A DNA stretch of 64,000 nt. It comes from Octopus vulgaris (Eukaryota). A program made the translations under genes and the position numbers. The notes beneath the pieces are model-generated. The model had not been told where the DNA came from. It worked only from the letters and a program-made list of their open reading frames with translations, and did no database searches. The number at the start of each line of letters is the position of its first letter. Position 1 is the first letter of the stretch. Shown here piece by piece: positions 14,462 to 27,597 of this stretch. The stretch is taken from assembly GCA_951406725.2 (NCBI GenBank), contig OX597826.1, positions 63,550,001 through 63,614,000 on the forward strand, given 5' to 3'.

Positions 14462-16804
14462 TTAGCGTCCGTTTTCCATGCTAGCATGGGTTGGACGGTT
14501 CAACTGGGGTCTGTGAAGCTGGAAGGCTTCATCAGGCCCAGTCAGATCTGGCAGTGTTTCTACGGCTGGATGCCCTTCCTAACGCCAACCACTCCGTGAG
14601 TGTAGTGGGTGCTTTTTACGTGCCACCGGCACAGGTGCAAATGCGTCTGAATAAACATTGCCGGACAGCAAATAGAGACTCGGACATTGCTTAGAAAATA
14701 TTTTTCATTTTAAGCCTCGTATATAGTACGCACTAGGGATTTTGACCTTTAAATTTTTTTTTGGGGGGGGGTTGATGCGGATTATACACGAGGATTTACA
14801 GTAATAAAAGATTAAAATACCTTCAAGAAGTTTTTGTAAGCTACTCCTCATCACATGGATATTCTCAATTCCCAAAAATTGGAACTTGATGTTGGAATAG
14901 AAGCTTTCCTTTTCATAGCCTTTCCCAGCAGCTTTGTTAGCAACAGCATTGATCTACAAAAACAATGACAACAATTCTTTTAAGGATTTAATCTTCTTGA
15001 GTCATATATATAAAAAAAAAAAATACAAACAAATCAGGTAAATAAACGGCGTAAATTAACGAAGGTATAAACCTGACGACGTAAATACATGAAGTTGACG
15101 TCTGACGTCAGATTTTTCTACTTTCACTTCTGACAACTAAAAGCATGACAGTGCCCATTTTTCTTTCCAACCTAAAATAACAAAACTGTTTCAAAAACAA
15201 AAATGTAATCATAATCATCACCTTTTCATTGTTTTACAACCCACTTTAACACAGCATTGATAATGTTGATGATGATGATGGTGGTGGTGGTGATGATGAT
15301 CCTTTCTACCAAAGGCACAAAGCCTGAAATCCTGAGGGAGGGGGCTACTTGATTATATTAACCCCAGTGCTCAAAAGGATGACAGGCACAGTTGGCCTCA
15401 ATGGGATTTGAACTCAGAATGTGAAATACAGATACATATACCACAAAATATTTTTCTGGTGCTTTAACACTCTTTTGGCCAAATGGAAACAGAAAACTAT
15501 TACAAGATAACAACAGTAGGACCAGTAAAAAGATTAAACAAAAGAGAGCTGATAAATATAATGAAGAACTATAAAAAATATATATATACAAGAAAAAAGC
15601 AAAAGCCTTCCCCAAATACAGAAAGAAAAGAAAGTAAAAACAGGAGACCAATTACATTGAAATAACAGATTTTGATAAGGACAAATCAAGAACTGTAAAA
15701 GTAAAAAAAAAACCCCAGAAGACAACACCAAAATGAATTACCAAAATATACTGGAGATACAAATAGAAAGAAAACTTATTCCATGGCCAAAATCCTGTCA
15801 GACTTGACAGAGAGAAACTAAGCCGGAGTGATAGCTAACAATGGCTCAAAAGCTCTGGATTAAACATAAGCAAAAACAGAAGGCCTGACACAGCACAAGA
15901 CCAGTGTATTGCTACACACATGTACAAAAATACAACAGTAAAAGAAGGTGCTAACAAAAACTGCAGATAAAAATAAGTACCAGTCACGTACTGGGGTTGA
16001 TGTAATCAACTTCCCCCTCCCCTCAAAAACTACTGGCTCTGTACCAAAATTTGAAACAATTATCCTCCCCGTCCTCCTCATTATGCGCAAAGTGACAAAA
16101 CCGTTCAGTGTCCAGACATTGCTGACTTGTGGGATATGTCGGACAGCTGCTTTCACATGTGGGACAGATCCGTCTGTCGGCTGAGTCCATAGTGATGACT
16201 GCCCCACCACTCTCTTTCAATAGGACAGGCAAGGCAGTTTTCCTTTGCTTAGTGGCTGTGGTGAAAGAGGTTCTCTGGTGGATGAGGCTGAAATACATGA
16301 GGACAGATACTTATCTCTTTGGTGGAGGTCTCATTGACTTCCTTGAGTTTCACTTGGAAAGGAAATCAAAGGTGGAGAGGGAAGCGCTGTCCTCAAGTAG
16401 GTTTATTGAAAGGTGGGTGAAAGTAACGAAAATGACAAGAGTGGATGGTACCTCTCTAAGTGTAGACCTACAAGTCAGAGAAAGGGAATCAGAAGGGGGA
16501 CTTGCTCTTGGTGTTCAGAGATATCTCAGACAGTGGGGTTCCTTGATTATCCCTAGAGGCCATCCTGAATTAGGAAGGCTACATCTCTATCATCCACCTG
16601 CTTTTTTTTTAACCGTGCATACCATGTATATTTCCTTTCCTTTTCATTGTATGCTTTTTTTCTTTCATATTATTTGATCATTCCATTATATGTAAATCCC
16701 TACACTTTGTGTCTGTCTTTGTATTGTCTCTCTCATCCACCCTGCTGACAAATAAATGAAATTATTATCATTATTATTATTATTAGTAGTAGTAGTAGTA
16801 TCAT

Positions 16805-16848
<44 letters not shown>

Positions 16849-19800
16849 GTGTTGGGTTAAAGTGAGTTGATGTAAAGCAATGAGAATGTCATGATAGTAA
16901 CACCTTTTATTTTTTTTGTATTCTTTGTATGCAGCCAACAAAATGAAATGGTTAACTACATCATCTCTGGCTGTCCAATATCATTGCCAAGTTGGAATAT
17001 ATGCACAGACACGATCAAATTGATAGCTATACCCGTTGGACAATACGCCAACAATTCAACGTGAAAGCGGATAAGAAATGGTATAAATATGTTCCAAACA
17101 CACAACTGGGCAATGACAAAGTTATAATCATCTGTGAAATGCCTAATCAAACTGATAGAGAAATCAAAGCAAACTTCCTGGAAAGAATAATCAAATGTGA
17201 ATGAAAATGCATGCATGCTCATAGACATCATGATTCCCTCTAATGTAAACATTGCCTGAAAGGAAGCAGAGAAACTATCCAAATACAAGGATTTCGAAAT
17301 TGAAGAAAAGCGAGATGTGTAAAAGTAAAAACAGTACAATTAATAAATGGAGCACTGTGTTTATTTTCAGGAAAATATGAGCAAAAGTATGAGACGTACC
17401 AGAGTTCACAATGTGACTGCCACTAAAATAGCTTAACTAGATATAGCCTAACCACCTGATGAGTGGCTGTGTGGTAAGTAGCTTGCTTACCAACCACATG
17501 GTTCCAGGTTCAGTCCCACTGCATGGCACCTTGGAAAAGTGTCTTCTACTATAGCCTTGGGCCGACCAAAGTCTTGTGAATGGATTTAGTAGACGGAAAC
17601 TGAAAGAAGCCTGTCGTATATATATATGTATATATGTGTGTGTTTGTGTTTGTGTGTCTGTGTTTGTCTCCCCAATATTGCTTGACAACCGATGCTGGTG
17701 TGTTTACGTCCCCGTAACTTAGCGGTTCGGCAAAAGAGACCGATAGAATAAGTACTAGGCTTACAAAGAATAAGTCCTAGGGTCGATTTGCTTGATTAAA
17801 GGCGGTGCTCCAGCATGGCCGCAGTCAAATGACTGAAACAAGTAAAAAAAAAAAAAACCAACTATTACAACAAATACTATGCACAATCATTACCCAACAA
17901 TATAACCAACTAGCATTCCATCGGTTATGACAACAAGGGTTTCAGTTGATCCAATCAATGGAACAGCCTGCTTGTGAAAGTAACATGCAAGTGGCTGAGC
18001 ACTCCACAGACACGCGTACCCTTAACATAGTTCTCAGGGAGATTCAACATGACACAATGTGCCAAGGCTGGCTCTTTGAAATATAAGTACTACTCATTTC
18101 TGCCAGCTAAGTGGACTGGAGCAATGTAAAATAAAGTGTCCTGCTCAATGTAAACCAAATACCCAGACCATTTAATCACATGCCTTCAAACACAACATAT
18201 ACTCCTAGATACTCAACATTCCTGTATGCCTGTGAGACATGGACACTGACAGCAGAAATCAAAAGGAGAATCCAGGCTACAGAGATGAAATGCTTCAGGA
18301 GGCTTTTGAGAATATCATATAGAGATTGTGTCACAAACAAGGAAGTGAAAAGAATAAATAAGTCAGGCAATAGGGCCCTATGAGGAACTTCTTGCCATAG
18401 TAAAGAAACTCAAGCTTAGGTGGTCTGGACATGTCACCCACTTATCAGGGATGCCCAAAACAATCGTTCAGGGAACAGTCAAAGGTGGCAGAGGCAGACA
18501 GAGAAAGAGGTGAGAAAACAATATTTGTGAGTGGACAGGCCTAAAGATAAGAGACACAGTGTGAGAGGCAGAAGACAGATGGGTGGAGGGATCTGGTAGC
18601 AAAGTCATCAGTGGTGCCCTAATGGTCAGCCAGACTATGGGATGTGTAATGTAATGTAAATCACTATAATACCAATAACTCACACAACTGAAAACCATTA
18701 ATGCTAAGGAAATGAAACATTATACACAATACATATGCACAGGCTTGGCTGTGTGGTTAAGAGGTTCACTTTGCAAACATGTGACTTCAGGCTCAGTACC
18801 ACTATGTGACACATTGGGCAAGGGTCTTGTACTATAGCTCAGAGTTGACCAATGCCTTGTGAGTGAATTTAGTAGACAGGTATTGCATGGGAAACTGTCA
18901 TGTGCATACACATGCACATGTGTGTTACTGACATGCAAATTGTGTCGTTCCTTACCAGCCTTCTGTGGAAACATGTCTGGTCATGGGGGAATAATTACTT
19001 TACTTAAAAAACAGATGAGGGATGGTGACAGGAAGGGCATCCAGCTGTAAAAAGATCCTCCTCAACAAATTCTGTCCAACCCACGCAAACATGGTTAAGT
19101 GGATGGTAAAAATGATGACAATGAACACAAAGCTAGGGAAACTAAATGCAATCAAAGGCAGACTGCAACAAGTGCAGCAAACACCAGAAGTGCACTTGCA
19201 AAATGATAATAATAAAAAACAAAAAAAAAACTGCCAATCAATAAGATGAGGAAATTAAAACAGATTAGTTCAGGAGTAGATAAAGAACTGGTGTATTTTG
19301 GTAACTTATGACTTTCTTTAGAGAGACCTTACCTGTAAATAAACTCAACTAGATTTTAGTATTCACTGTGTGCAATGGGAATGTGTATGTGTGTGTGTGC
19401 ATACATTGAGTGAGGATGTGCATGTGCATATAAATGTGTGCATCTGTGCATTTGTACATGAGTGATGAAGATAAATGCATGTTTCTTTGAACATACACGT
19501 GTGTGTGTCTGTGTGTCACGCATTACATGATTATGCTACTGTCATCCCAAAGTGCTATTGCTATTTGTTAACAGAAAAGAACTAAATAACAGCCTTGAAA
19601 GAAAGTTGTGTGTTTTCTATGAAGTTCCAATGAATACAAAGGAACTCAAAGCAAGCAGGAATAAAATAAAATGCAATTGAGGGGATAATAAAAGAAAAAA
19701 AAAACAAAGTGTAATTTTTTTTATATTTCATTTATTACTTTTTTTCTTTTTTTTTGTTGTTGCTGTTCCTAAAATCTGTTTTAGATGATAAAAGAGACAA

Positions 19801-22800
19801 ATAGTACATCGTCAGTTTCTTTTCAACTCACGACAAATTTCCAAATCTCCAACCCCCTACCTCTACAGTTATCCTTTCTTTCTGTCTTTCTTTCTTTTCC
19901 CCCCATTCAACCTCACCCTATCACACATGCCCCCTCCCCGACACACACACACATGCATGCATGCATACACACACAAACATACATGCAGGTTTGCATGTAT
20001 GAATGTCAATCACTTCTTCTCTTGGGTCATTTCACAGGATTTGTTGCAGGTATAGGTGAGGGTATATGAATATGTGTATGCATGCATGTGTGTGTGTGTG
20101 TGTGTGTAAAAGACACCACATGAAAAGGCAATTATTTTTTTTAATGAGGCAGTCATCACACCAGAATTAATGAAATTGTACAACATTATATAATCACTGT
20201 AATTGACAATGGATCCTTCACTGGTTTCCACAACAAGCATTCATTATTTGTTTGATCAGCTGAACTGCCTGCTCATTAAACTGGCAAAGTAAATGACTGA
20301 TTATTTCACAGACACGTGAACCCATAACATAATCCTTAGGCAGAATTAGCAGAAAAGTGGCCGAGTATTCCAAAGAAACGTGCACCCTTACAATAATTCT
20401 CAGGCAGTATCAGTATGACAATATATGACAATGTTAGACCTTTGGATTAGACCAACTACAAACCAAATGAAGGGGCTTCCACACAGTTTCTGCTTCAAAT
20501 TTCCAGATGCACTAAAAACTATGTGCTGCTGCAATTGGGATACATCTGATATGCCCATGCATCTTTTAGCTTTTAAGCCATTAAATATGTTGACTAAAAA
20601 AAAAACAGCTAATAAACAAAATTTCTTTGAAATTTTTATCAGGCTCACAGTTATAAATTTTCCTATCATTTTTCTCCTTGTCTGGTTTATATCAGAATAT
20701 TTGAGGACAATTTTAAATATTTTCGATGTTTTTTATAATTTCATTTTTTAGATTTTATATATTTTTCTATTAACCCTTTAGCATTTAAACCGGCCATATC
20801 CGGCCAAAAATATTCTACCTGTTTTATGTTCAAACTAGCCCTATCTGGTCTCTCACACCAACCTTACAATATCGTTTTTAAAATTAACAGCTACCTCATC
20901 AAAATCTCATAGCTACAAGATAATGCATGATTAGTTCAAAACAATGTAGATGAAGAAGCATTAATTTTGGCAGAATAATGCGAACACTAAAGGGTTAATA
21001 TTTATATTTTCACAAGTTATTGGGTCAACTTGATGGCCATTCTTGAGGACAACTTTACATGATCGATAATATCAGCTCTTCAAATTACTGGTTTATATAA
21101 TAATTTTTAAGAACAACTTTAAATGTTCAGTATTGTATTGTTTTTCTTCAAGACATTGGTTGCTAATTGAAACTGAAAAGAAACACAAATGATCTATTCT
21201 GATAAAGCAGAAGACTGACTTTTATCATTTGAACTGACCTAAGTACATTGCTGGTGCTTACCGTATTTTCCAGCTTACAAGTTTAAAATTTCAGACCCAA
21301 ATTTACAACCAAAAATGGTAGGTCGATTTATAAACAAGACAATTTTAAAAGGCCTAATATCCCAAGTGAAATACAACAGGATCTGGAAAAGATAATGATG
21401 ATGTTTGAATGTTTAGACTTCATATTTATGCTATACACTATGTTGACTTGTATGTCAGTAAATACAGCACTCAAGCTAATGGGTGAGCCTCTAATCTAGC
21501 AACAACAGTGAAACTGTCCTCAGCTTATAGGAAGACACAACGGACAGTGTATTAAACTACAGAATATATCAAGAGATTTTAGCCAACACTGTATCTCTAT
21601 ATATATAAAGCTGAAGTTGTCTGTGTATGGCAGGTTTGGTAGCCTTCAACTAACACTATCTCCTCTGAGACCCTGTGGCACAAGTTGACCAAAATTGAGA
21701 GTATGATAGAAGAAGGCTTGCTCTTCCTTCTGTAGAAGAAAAAATTCAAATCGGACCATGTTAACACCAAAAATTATTTACATTAAAAAGGTGCTTTTTT
21801 TCTATGAAAATCCTTATTTTTTACGGTTTTTTGACTGCTGTGTCGCCATTTTTCATTGTATTTCAACCAGAAAAATGTTCACTTAAAGAGAATAACAAGC
21901 TACATAATGCAAAATTTTTACTTTTCAAAAATTCCAATTCTAAAGGGTCGAAACAAACCTGAGCAACGCTGGGCAATACTGCTAGTGTATGGATAGATGT
22001 AAATACCTTGACTGTATAAAATTAGCTGCTGCTGTTGTTGTTTCTACAGCATTCACATCATTTCTATTTCCTCTGCTGCTCATGCACTGTGGATACAATC
22101 ACATCATGCACTGTGGTCGCTGTCTCTTCTGCCATACTTCAATATCTACTATTATATATTTGTAACTAATGCCTCACAGCTAAGGCCATTACATACGCAT
22201 CATCTCCACTATGACCTCAAGGATGCCCTTCCTAACATCAATGGCATTCAAGAGTACACTGGATATTATGGGAACAACAGCAGAGAGGTCGTTATGCACT
22301 CAATATATTGGGTTGGTGCATAATTACTGCAGCTTTTTTTTCAACAAATTTTATTCAGCAAAAACAATAACAACATTTAACAAAACATCTTTAAATGACG
22401 GTCTGACCGTCTGCCAAGAAAATGGGAAGCAGTAATTGAAGTAGATGGTGAATATGCTCCAGAATAATCATTTAAAGATGTTTTTGCTGAACAAAACTTT
22501 TTGAGAAAAAGCCACAATAATTATGCACCAACCCAATATATATGTTTGGGCACAATATGAAAACTCTCCTCTAAAAAATTGATGTTAGTCTGCTTTTCCA
22601 AGATATTTTTTATATAATTAATAACTTTAATTTAAGAAACTTTTTATTCAAATATTGTGACTATGTCTTTTACCTTTTTACTTGTTTCAGTCATTAGATT
22701 GTGGCCATGCTGAAGCACTGCCTTGAAGAAATTTCAGTTGAATGAATCAATCCCAACACTTAATTTTTTGCTAAAGTTGGTGTCTATTTTATCGGTCTCT

Positions 22801-23200
22801 GTTGTCAAGCAGTGATGGGGAACAAACACAGACACAAACTCGTATGTGTGCACACACACAAACACAAACACACATACACACAGGATGGGCTTCTTCTAGT
22901 TTCCGTCTACCAAATCCACTCACAGGCTTCGGTCAGACCGAGGCTATAGCAAAAGACACTTGCCCAATGTGCCATGCAGTAGGACTGAACCCGGAACCAT
23001 GTTGTTAGAATGCAAGCTTCTTACCACAGAGCCAAACCTGTGTCTATAAAAATAACCAGTATCAAGAATCTTTTGCAAAAACACTTTTTTTTTAAAATGT
23101 GTGTATACTCTCTCACTCTCACACACACACACAAACACACACAGAATAGTAAAAAGTAGAACAAGAAGAAAAGGACAAAAGAGAAATGTACTTGTATTGT

Positions 23201-23253
<53 letters not shown>

Positions 23254-26200
23254 AACCCAAATAAACTATAGACAAGTTAATCAATAAACTTTTCAAAAAA
23301 CTTGGAAACAATTTTGGCAGTTTTCCTCCATAGATTTACTTGAAAATATCCCAAACATACTCAAGATGCCAGAAAAGTAATTGGTTTACATCTGGACATC
23401 TCTAATGATGCCTAAAACGGTTTGGAAATTAATTGACACCAAAGGAAATTGTAATAATTAAAATAAAATAAAAATAAAAACAATTTTATTTTTTAATGAC
23501 TATTTACATTAGACACCGAGTTATTTCTGTACAGAACTGGAAAATAGGAAAAACGTATTTATTTATTTATTTATTGAATATCATCATTATCATCATCATC
23601 ATCTTTGTCATCACTATTATCCTAGTCATCAAGCAGAAAGCTGGCAGGATTGTTACTGTGCCAGACGAAAAATGTTTCACAGCATCTCTTCTGGCTCTTA
23701 ACATTTTGAATTCAAATACAGCCTTTCATGTTTTAGGGGCCAATAAAAAAAAAAACATACCAGTCAAGCACTGAAGATGATCTTACTAAATTACTCCTCT
23801 CCTTGGAATTGCAAGCCTTGTGCCAAAATTAGAAAGGCTTATTATCCTAGTCATCATAATAGCCATCATCATCATCATCACTGTTGTCAACATCATCATA
23901 AGTGCTGACATCATTATCTGCTAAAAGCAGTCTTTGTAGGAAACGGTTGGAAAATGACTGCCAACATTAGTTAGAGGCTGAATGCGTTCTATCAACAGTG
24001 TCTACACAGAATACTCAAGATCCTAAAATGATAGACGTCGCCCTTTCCAAGCCTAGCCAGGCTCGTGGGCCCAGTTTCCTGGTTTCTGTGTCGTATGTGT
24101 TCCCCCCAGCTGGACGGGGCGCTAGTCCATCACAACGTTACTCAAGAAACAGGAAGAGAGAGTGAGAGAAAGTTGTGGCGAAAGAGTATAACAGGGGTCG
24201 CCACCACCCCTGCCGGAGCTTTGTGGTGCTTTTAGGAGTTTTCGCTCAATAAACAACACAACGCCCAGTCTGGGAATCGAAACCGTGATCCTCCAATCGT
24301 GAGTCCGCTGCCCTAACCACTGGGCCATTGCGCATCCACACTCAAGATCCTACAGTAACAGAATTACAAAACTCTAATGCCTTGAGAAGATCCACTCCAT
24401 GCAGCCAGTAGGCAATCATAGCAGAAAGAAGGTGAAACTTGCATGCCAAGTTTCTCAACTGCCTAAAGGACAAATACTGAAGATAGCTATACAATGTGTA
24501 CCACTAGAAGGACAAAGAAAAATAGAAGGAGGCCCAAGAAGACATGGTATGCCACTTTCAAAGAAGATCTGAAGCAACTTAGCATCACCTGGGAAGATGC
24601 AAGCCACAATTCAAAACTGGAATTGTTGGAGATATTTTAATGCTTTATGTAGAGGCCAACTGTGCTGCAGAACTAAGGCTAAAGCTAAGGCACTGTTATC
24701 TCCATCATCATTATTTCAATGAATTTCAATTTTTTGTTGTTGGGTCTCAGAGGTAATGACAAGTGACAGACTTCTAGTAATTTGCTGTGCTTGAGAAGAC
24801 ACATCTGTGGCCAGTGCCGGTGACACGTAAAAGGCACCAGTGCCAGTGACATGTAGAAGGCATTTATGCCAGTGGCACATAAAAGACACCCAGTACACAC
24901 TGTAAAGTGGTTGGCATTGGGAAGGATATCCAGCCATAGAACCCAAGCCAAAACAGACTTGAGCGTGGTGCATATCTCTGGTTTACCAGCTCCAATCAAG
25001 CTGTCTAACTCATGCCAGCATGGAAAATGGACAGTGTATGATGATGTTTTATTCAAACTGTTCTTATAATGGACTGAATTACTTAACTACTTTTCCTAAG
25101 CATAGTGATCCATCAAATCTTTGGGATCACAAAGTAATGTTTCGGCAAATCCCTGACCATCACAAGGGATCACTATGGCAATATTACTCACACAGTTTGA
25201 AATGTGATGTTGCTCATAGTAAGTACCATAAATCCTCAAGTATAATCTGCATTTTTTCCCCAAAATATAAAGGTCAAAATCCCTAGTGCGTACTATATAC
25301 GAGGTTAAAAATGAAAATTGTTTTTTAAGCAATGTCCGAGACTCTATTTGCTGTCCAGCAATGTTTATTCAGATGCATTTTGTGATGTCGGGCGTGAAAA
25401 TACCTTAAGCTAAGCCTGAAAGCAATGAAGTCATAAAAGAATCATCCATAACTTGCAGTAAGCAACATTTATTAAACGTTATTACTGTTATTTCTTTATT
25501 TTCTGCAAACAAAATGCACAAAAAAGCTACACGTTTGCATTATGTTATATATACAAAAATAATAAAGGATGTTACCGTATACAGTTTTACAAACCAAGGA
25601 CGTTATATAAACCTCCTTGACTCAAGTCAGAGAAGGGGTGTGTATTATACACAAGGTTTAGGTTTTTCAGAGGTACAGCCCCCTAAAAATCACCTGCATA
25701 TTATACTCTAGGGCGGACTATACTCAAGGATTTATGGTAATGAATCTCTATACACACACCACACCTCACAGAGCACCAAGATCACCATCAACAAACAGAA
25801 ACAACAAAATCGATATATCAAACTAGAACCTATCGACTCTTGACCCAAAAGTCTAATACATTACCTACTGGGCCACTTTGATCCTCACCCTAACCTCACT
25901 TCTTACACAACTACACACACCTCTACAACTTTAAAATCATCACCATGACCACCACCACTACCACCATATACCACTCTATCTCCAACACGATAGAGTGGCA
26001 TGCAGTGGTGATGGCAATAGTGTAGAGGTGAGATGATGGTGGTGGTGGATGTGATTTACAGGTGACATGGTGGGGGTGATGATGAGGGGTGTAATGGTTT
26101 AGAGGTGATGGTGGTGGGTGCAACGGTGAAGAAGGGGAGTGTGTACATTGTGGTTGAAGGCAAGGAGCAACAGTTACAACTACACAGTAGTGGAAAATGG

Positions 26201-26836
26201 AAACATGGTGGAAGTTACAGTGGTATGGCACTGACCACTGTGCATGAAAAGTAGTAGTAGTAGTGGTGGTGGTGGTGGTGGTAATATGAATGTTGTGGAA
26301 GCAGTAGCAGTAATAATAGCAGCAGCAGCTTCTAGTGTGAGACAGAGAAGGGGGTGGAGTAGAAAGTGAGAGAGGATGAGTAGAAAGAGAGAGGGAGTGA
26401 GAGCAAGTAGAAAGAAAAGAAAAGTGATTAAGTAGAGAGAGTAAGGTGAGAATGAGAGTAAGTACGGAGAGAGGAGAGAGATGGGGACAGAGAGAGAGAG
26501 AGAGAAATCAACAAGATGAATGATGAAGCCTGAGAGGGAAGAAATAATGGTGTTCTTCAACAAAAATTCATTGAAAGACCATTGCCAACACCAACAGTAA
26601 TGTTGTCTTTTAATGATGCCATTGTTTCACTAAGTAGGGTTTAGTGTAATTAAACGTAGCAACCATTAGAGACAGCGCCATCTATCAACCATTAAGTATT
26701 TGTTTTGCAGCTTCATAAAATGTTTAAAATGAGGAGAGAAGGGATCAATATGCACACACGCCCACACATCTAAACATACACACACACACACACACACACG
26801 TAGACACTTACCTATACATATCTACATGTGTCTTTA

Positions 26837-26907
<71 letters not shown>

Positions 26908-27261
26908 TTTCACACATATATATATATATATTGGTAAAAACGGTAAGATAACAAAAGAAAGAAAGAGACCTCAATATTATGTAAATAGAGGAAATTTATC
27001 TATAAAATAATATGTTACAATTACTCAATAGTCAAGATAAAACTCTGAGTTTTATCTTGACTATTGAGTAATTGTAACATATTATTTTATAGATATACAT
27101 ATAAGGCAAATTAAAAACAAAAACAAATGTCAAAATATGTACACACAGTGAATATATTAGGTTGACGGTCTGTTTAAGATGGGTATATATAGAGATTTAG
27201 ATATGTGTGTATGTATATACACACACAGATAGACAGCCAGTTACATATATACAAATACACA

Positions 27262-27299
<38 letters not shown>

Positions 27300-27563
27300 C
27301 ATTAGTACATGAAGACATAAGTATATATTTTATATATATGTAACAAGGATTCGATAGTGTTTGACATGTATTTTCTTAACTTTATTTTTTTAAAAGTTTA
27401 TATTTAATTTACTATACACACACATGCCTATATGTAGGTGCGTGTCTGTGTGTGTACATACACACAATGTCAAACTGTTATATAAGCTTTCTAAAAATAG
27501 CTCTTTGATACATCAAATATTAAGAGAAAAATCAATTGTATTTATCAACACTATCGCTACATA

Positions 27564-27597
<34 letters not shown>

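Noticed and set aside
16023-16298. Cys/His-rich minus-strand ORF resembling a zinc finger
   Set aside because: It is the antisense reading of a plus-strand L1/Tx1 ORF2 remnant
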